Shown here: piece by piece, positions 63,256 to 64,000 of the stretch
Numbering within the stretch: the first letter of the stretch is position 1
How the letters are laid out: each line of letters starts with the position of its first letter
Notes under the pieces: generated by a model
What the model saw: the letters and a program-made list of their open reading frames with translations, nothing else
Databases searched by the model: none
What the model was told of the DNA's origin: nothing
Source: an uncultured Planctomycetales bacterium
GTDB lineage: Bacteria; Omnitrophota; Gorgyraeia; Zapsychrales; Fredricksoniimonadaceae
Assembly (NCBI GenBank): GCA_964572155.1
Contig: CAZNDZ010000003.1
Coordinates: 74,224 to 138,223 of the forward strand
Direction of reading: 5' to 3'
Length of the DNA: 64,000 bases
Position numbers and translations under genes: made by a program

Positions 63256-64000
63256 TTAAAACTGCCGGATTAATTTTGGTTTTTGACTTGGTAAATCACC
63301 TGACAATACATGTTTGACCATATCATCATTAAAAAGTTCATAATTCACCCGCAAATGATGAGGTTTAAAGTCACTGATCAAGAAATTCTTACCCGTCGAT
63401 GTTTGTGGGAAAGTCTGCCACGCCCCATCATTTTTCAAAATTTGCAACAATCGAATCAAATCTTGTGTCGCAGCCAGAACGGTCTTACAACCCACATCAT
63501 GAATGCCATCATCTATCAACAAATCCGGTACGGTTTGATGTATGACATCACCGGCATCAGGTTCTGATACGATGCGATGAAATGTTGCCCCTGCTGATAA
63601 TGGGTCCATATAATAGAATGGCCAAAATAATGTGGCTGCCCCTCGATACCGCGGTGATAAACCTAAATGCATATTGACGGTGTGTTTGGGCAAGACGGAA
63701 TACAACGGGTCTTTGACAAGGCCGCTGCCAAATATCAAAACGATGTCAGGTTGAATTTTATTTACAAAGTCAATGCTAGCTTGAGCGTTTAATGCTTCAG
63801 GAATAACCTTAATTGACGGACAATTAGGTGCCAACACTTCTCCAAAATACTTCTTCTCAGCAATGTCTCTTTTCTTAAAATGCAATTCAAAATTCTTAGC
63901 ATCACGTGGGGATGTATTTGCCGGCGGAACAGGGATAATATTTTCTCGCTGCACAATGATATGCCCTGCTAAAGGAAACACTTTATTAACTTCACTAAAA
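63256..64000 (-). CDS. formyltransferase (Fmt/ArnA N-domain-like); the 5' end lies beyond the window end
   Basis: PDIVLIFGSGLV...NMHLGLSPRYRGAATLFW matches the formyl_trans_N catalytic HxSLLPxxRG motif. There is no in-frame stop up to position 64000. Confidence 0.7.
   Translation of the reverse strand, partial: FSEVNKVFPLAGHIIVQRENIIPVPPANTSPRDAKNFELHFKKRDIAEKKYFGEVLAPNCPSIKVIPEALNAQASIDFVNKIQPDIVLIFGSGLVKDPLYSVLPKHTVNMHLGLSPRYRGAATLFWPFYYMDPLSAGATFHRIVSEPDAGDVIHQTVPDLLIDDGIHDVGCKTVLAATQDLIRLLQILKNDGAWQTFPQTSTGKNFLISDFKPHHLRVNYELFNDDMVKHVLSGDLPSQKPKLIRQF

Overview
This 64 kb window comes from an AT-moderate bacterial chromosome (roughly 40% GC by eye, not computed). Gene orientation is extremely one-sided: every gene except one small membrane-protein gene is on the minus strand. 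The first ~25 kb is housekeeping. It holds the YebC/PmpR N-terminus, an RNase P RNA (rnpB) whose 5' end overlaps the 3' end of rnhA, a COG1579 zinc-ribbon gene, two tRNAs (Val-CAC and a CAT-anticodon Met/Ile2), aroD, rpoD, dnaG, a CvpA-like protein, smc, a large signal-peptide protein with degenerate receiver-like domains, fabV, glgC, a TPR-tailed polytopic membrane protein, a five-gene Opp-type ABC peptide transporter, secG, tpiA and pgk. From about 24.8 kb to the window end, and evidently continuing beyond it, lies one very large co-directional surface-glycan biosynthesis locus of the Wzx/Wzy type. It contains two Wzy_C/O-antigen-ligase-family proteins, a Wzx flippase, a WbaP/WcaJ-type initiating phosphotransferase, GT26/GT4/GT2 glycosyltransferases, GDP-fucose genes (gmd, fcl) and a dTDP-4-keto-6-deoxyhexose module. 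Its distal half (about 40.8-64 kb) is enzymatically unusual. It has a SIS isomerase, a 2-hydroxyacid dehydrogenase, an IMPase-family phosphatase and three to four methyltransferases. It also has two cytidylyltransferases (KdsB-like and NeuA/PseF-like), an HpcH-type aldolase, a Gfo/Idh/MocA oxidoreductase, two aminotransferases, a GNAT, an AsnB-like PP-loop amidotransferase, an aldo/keto reductase and a formyltransferase. Two paralogous radical-SAM proteins with Cys-rich C-terminal (SPASM/twitch-like) regions and two large soluble proteins of unknown function complete it. An ORF6N (KilA-N-like) gene with its own near-consensus promoter is inserted in the middle of the locus. No CRISPR array, transposase, integrase or recognisable defence system was seen. 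The most novel-looking content is the radical-SAM-containing sugar-modification module, which is best read as a candidate pathway to a heavily decorated, possibly CMP-activated, amino sugar acid. All functional calls rest on motif-level recognition by eye; no database searches were run.
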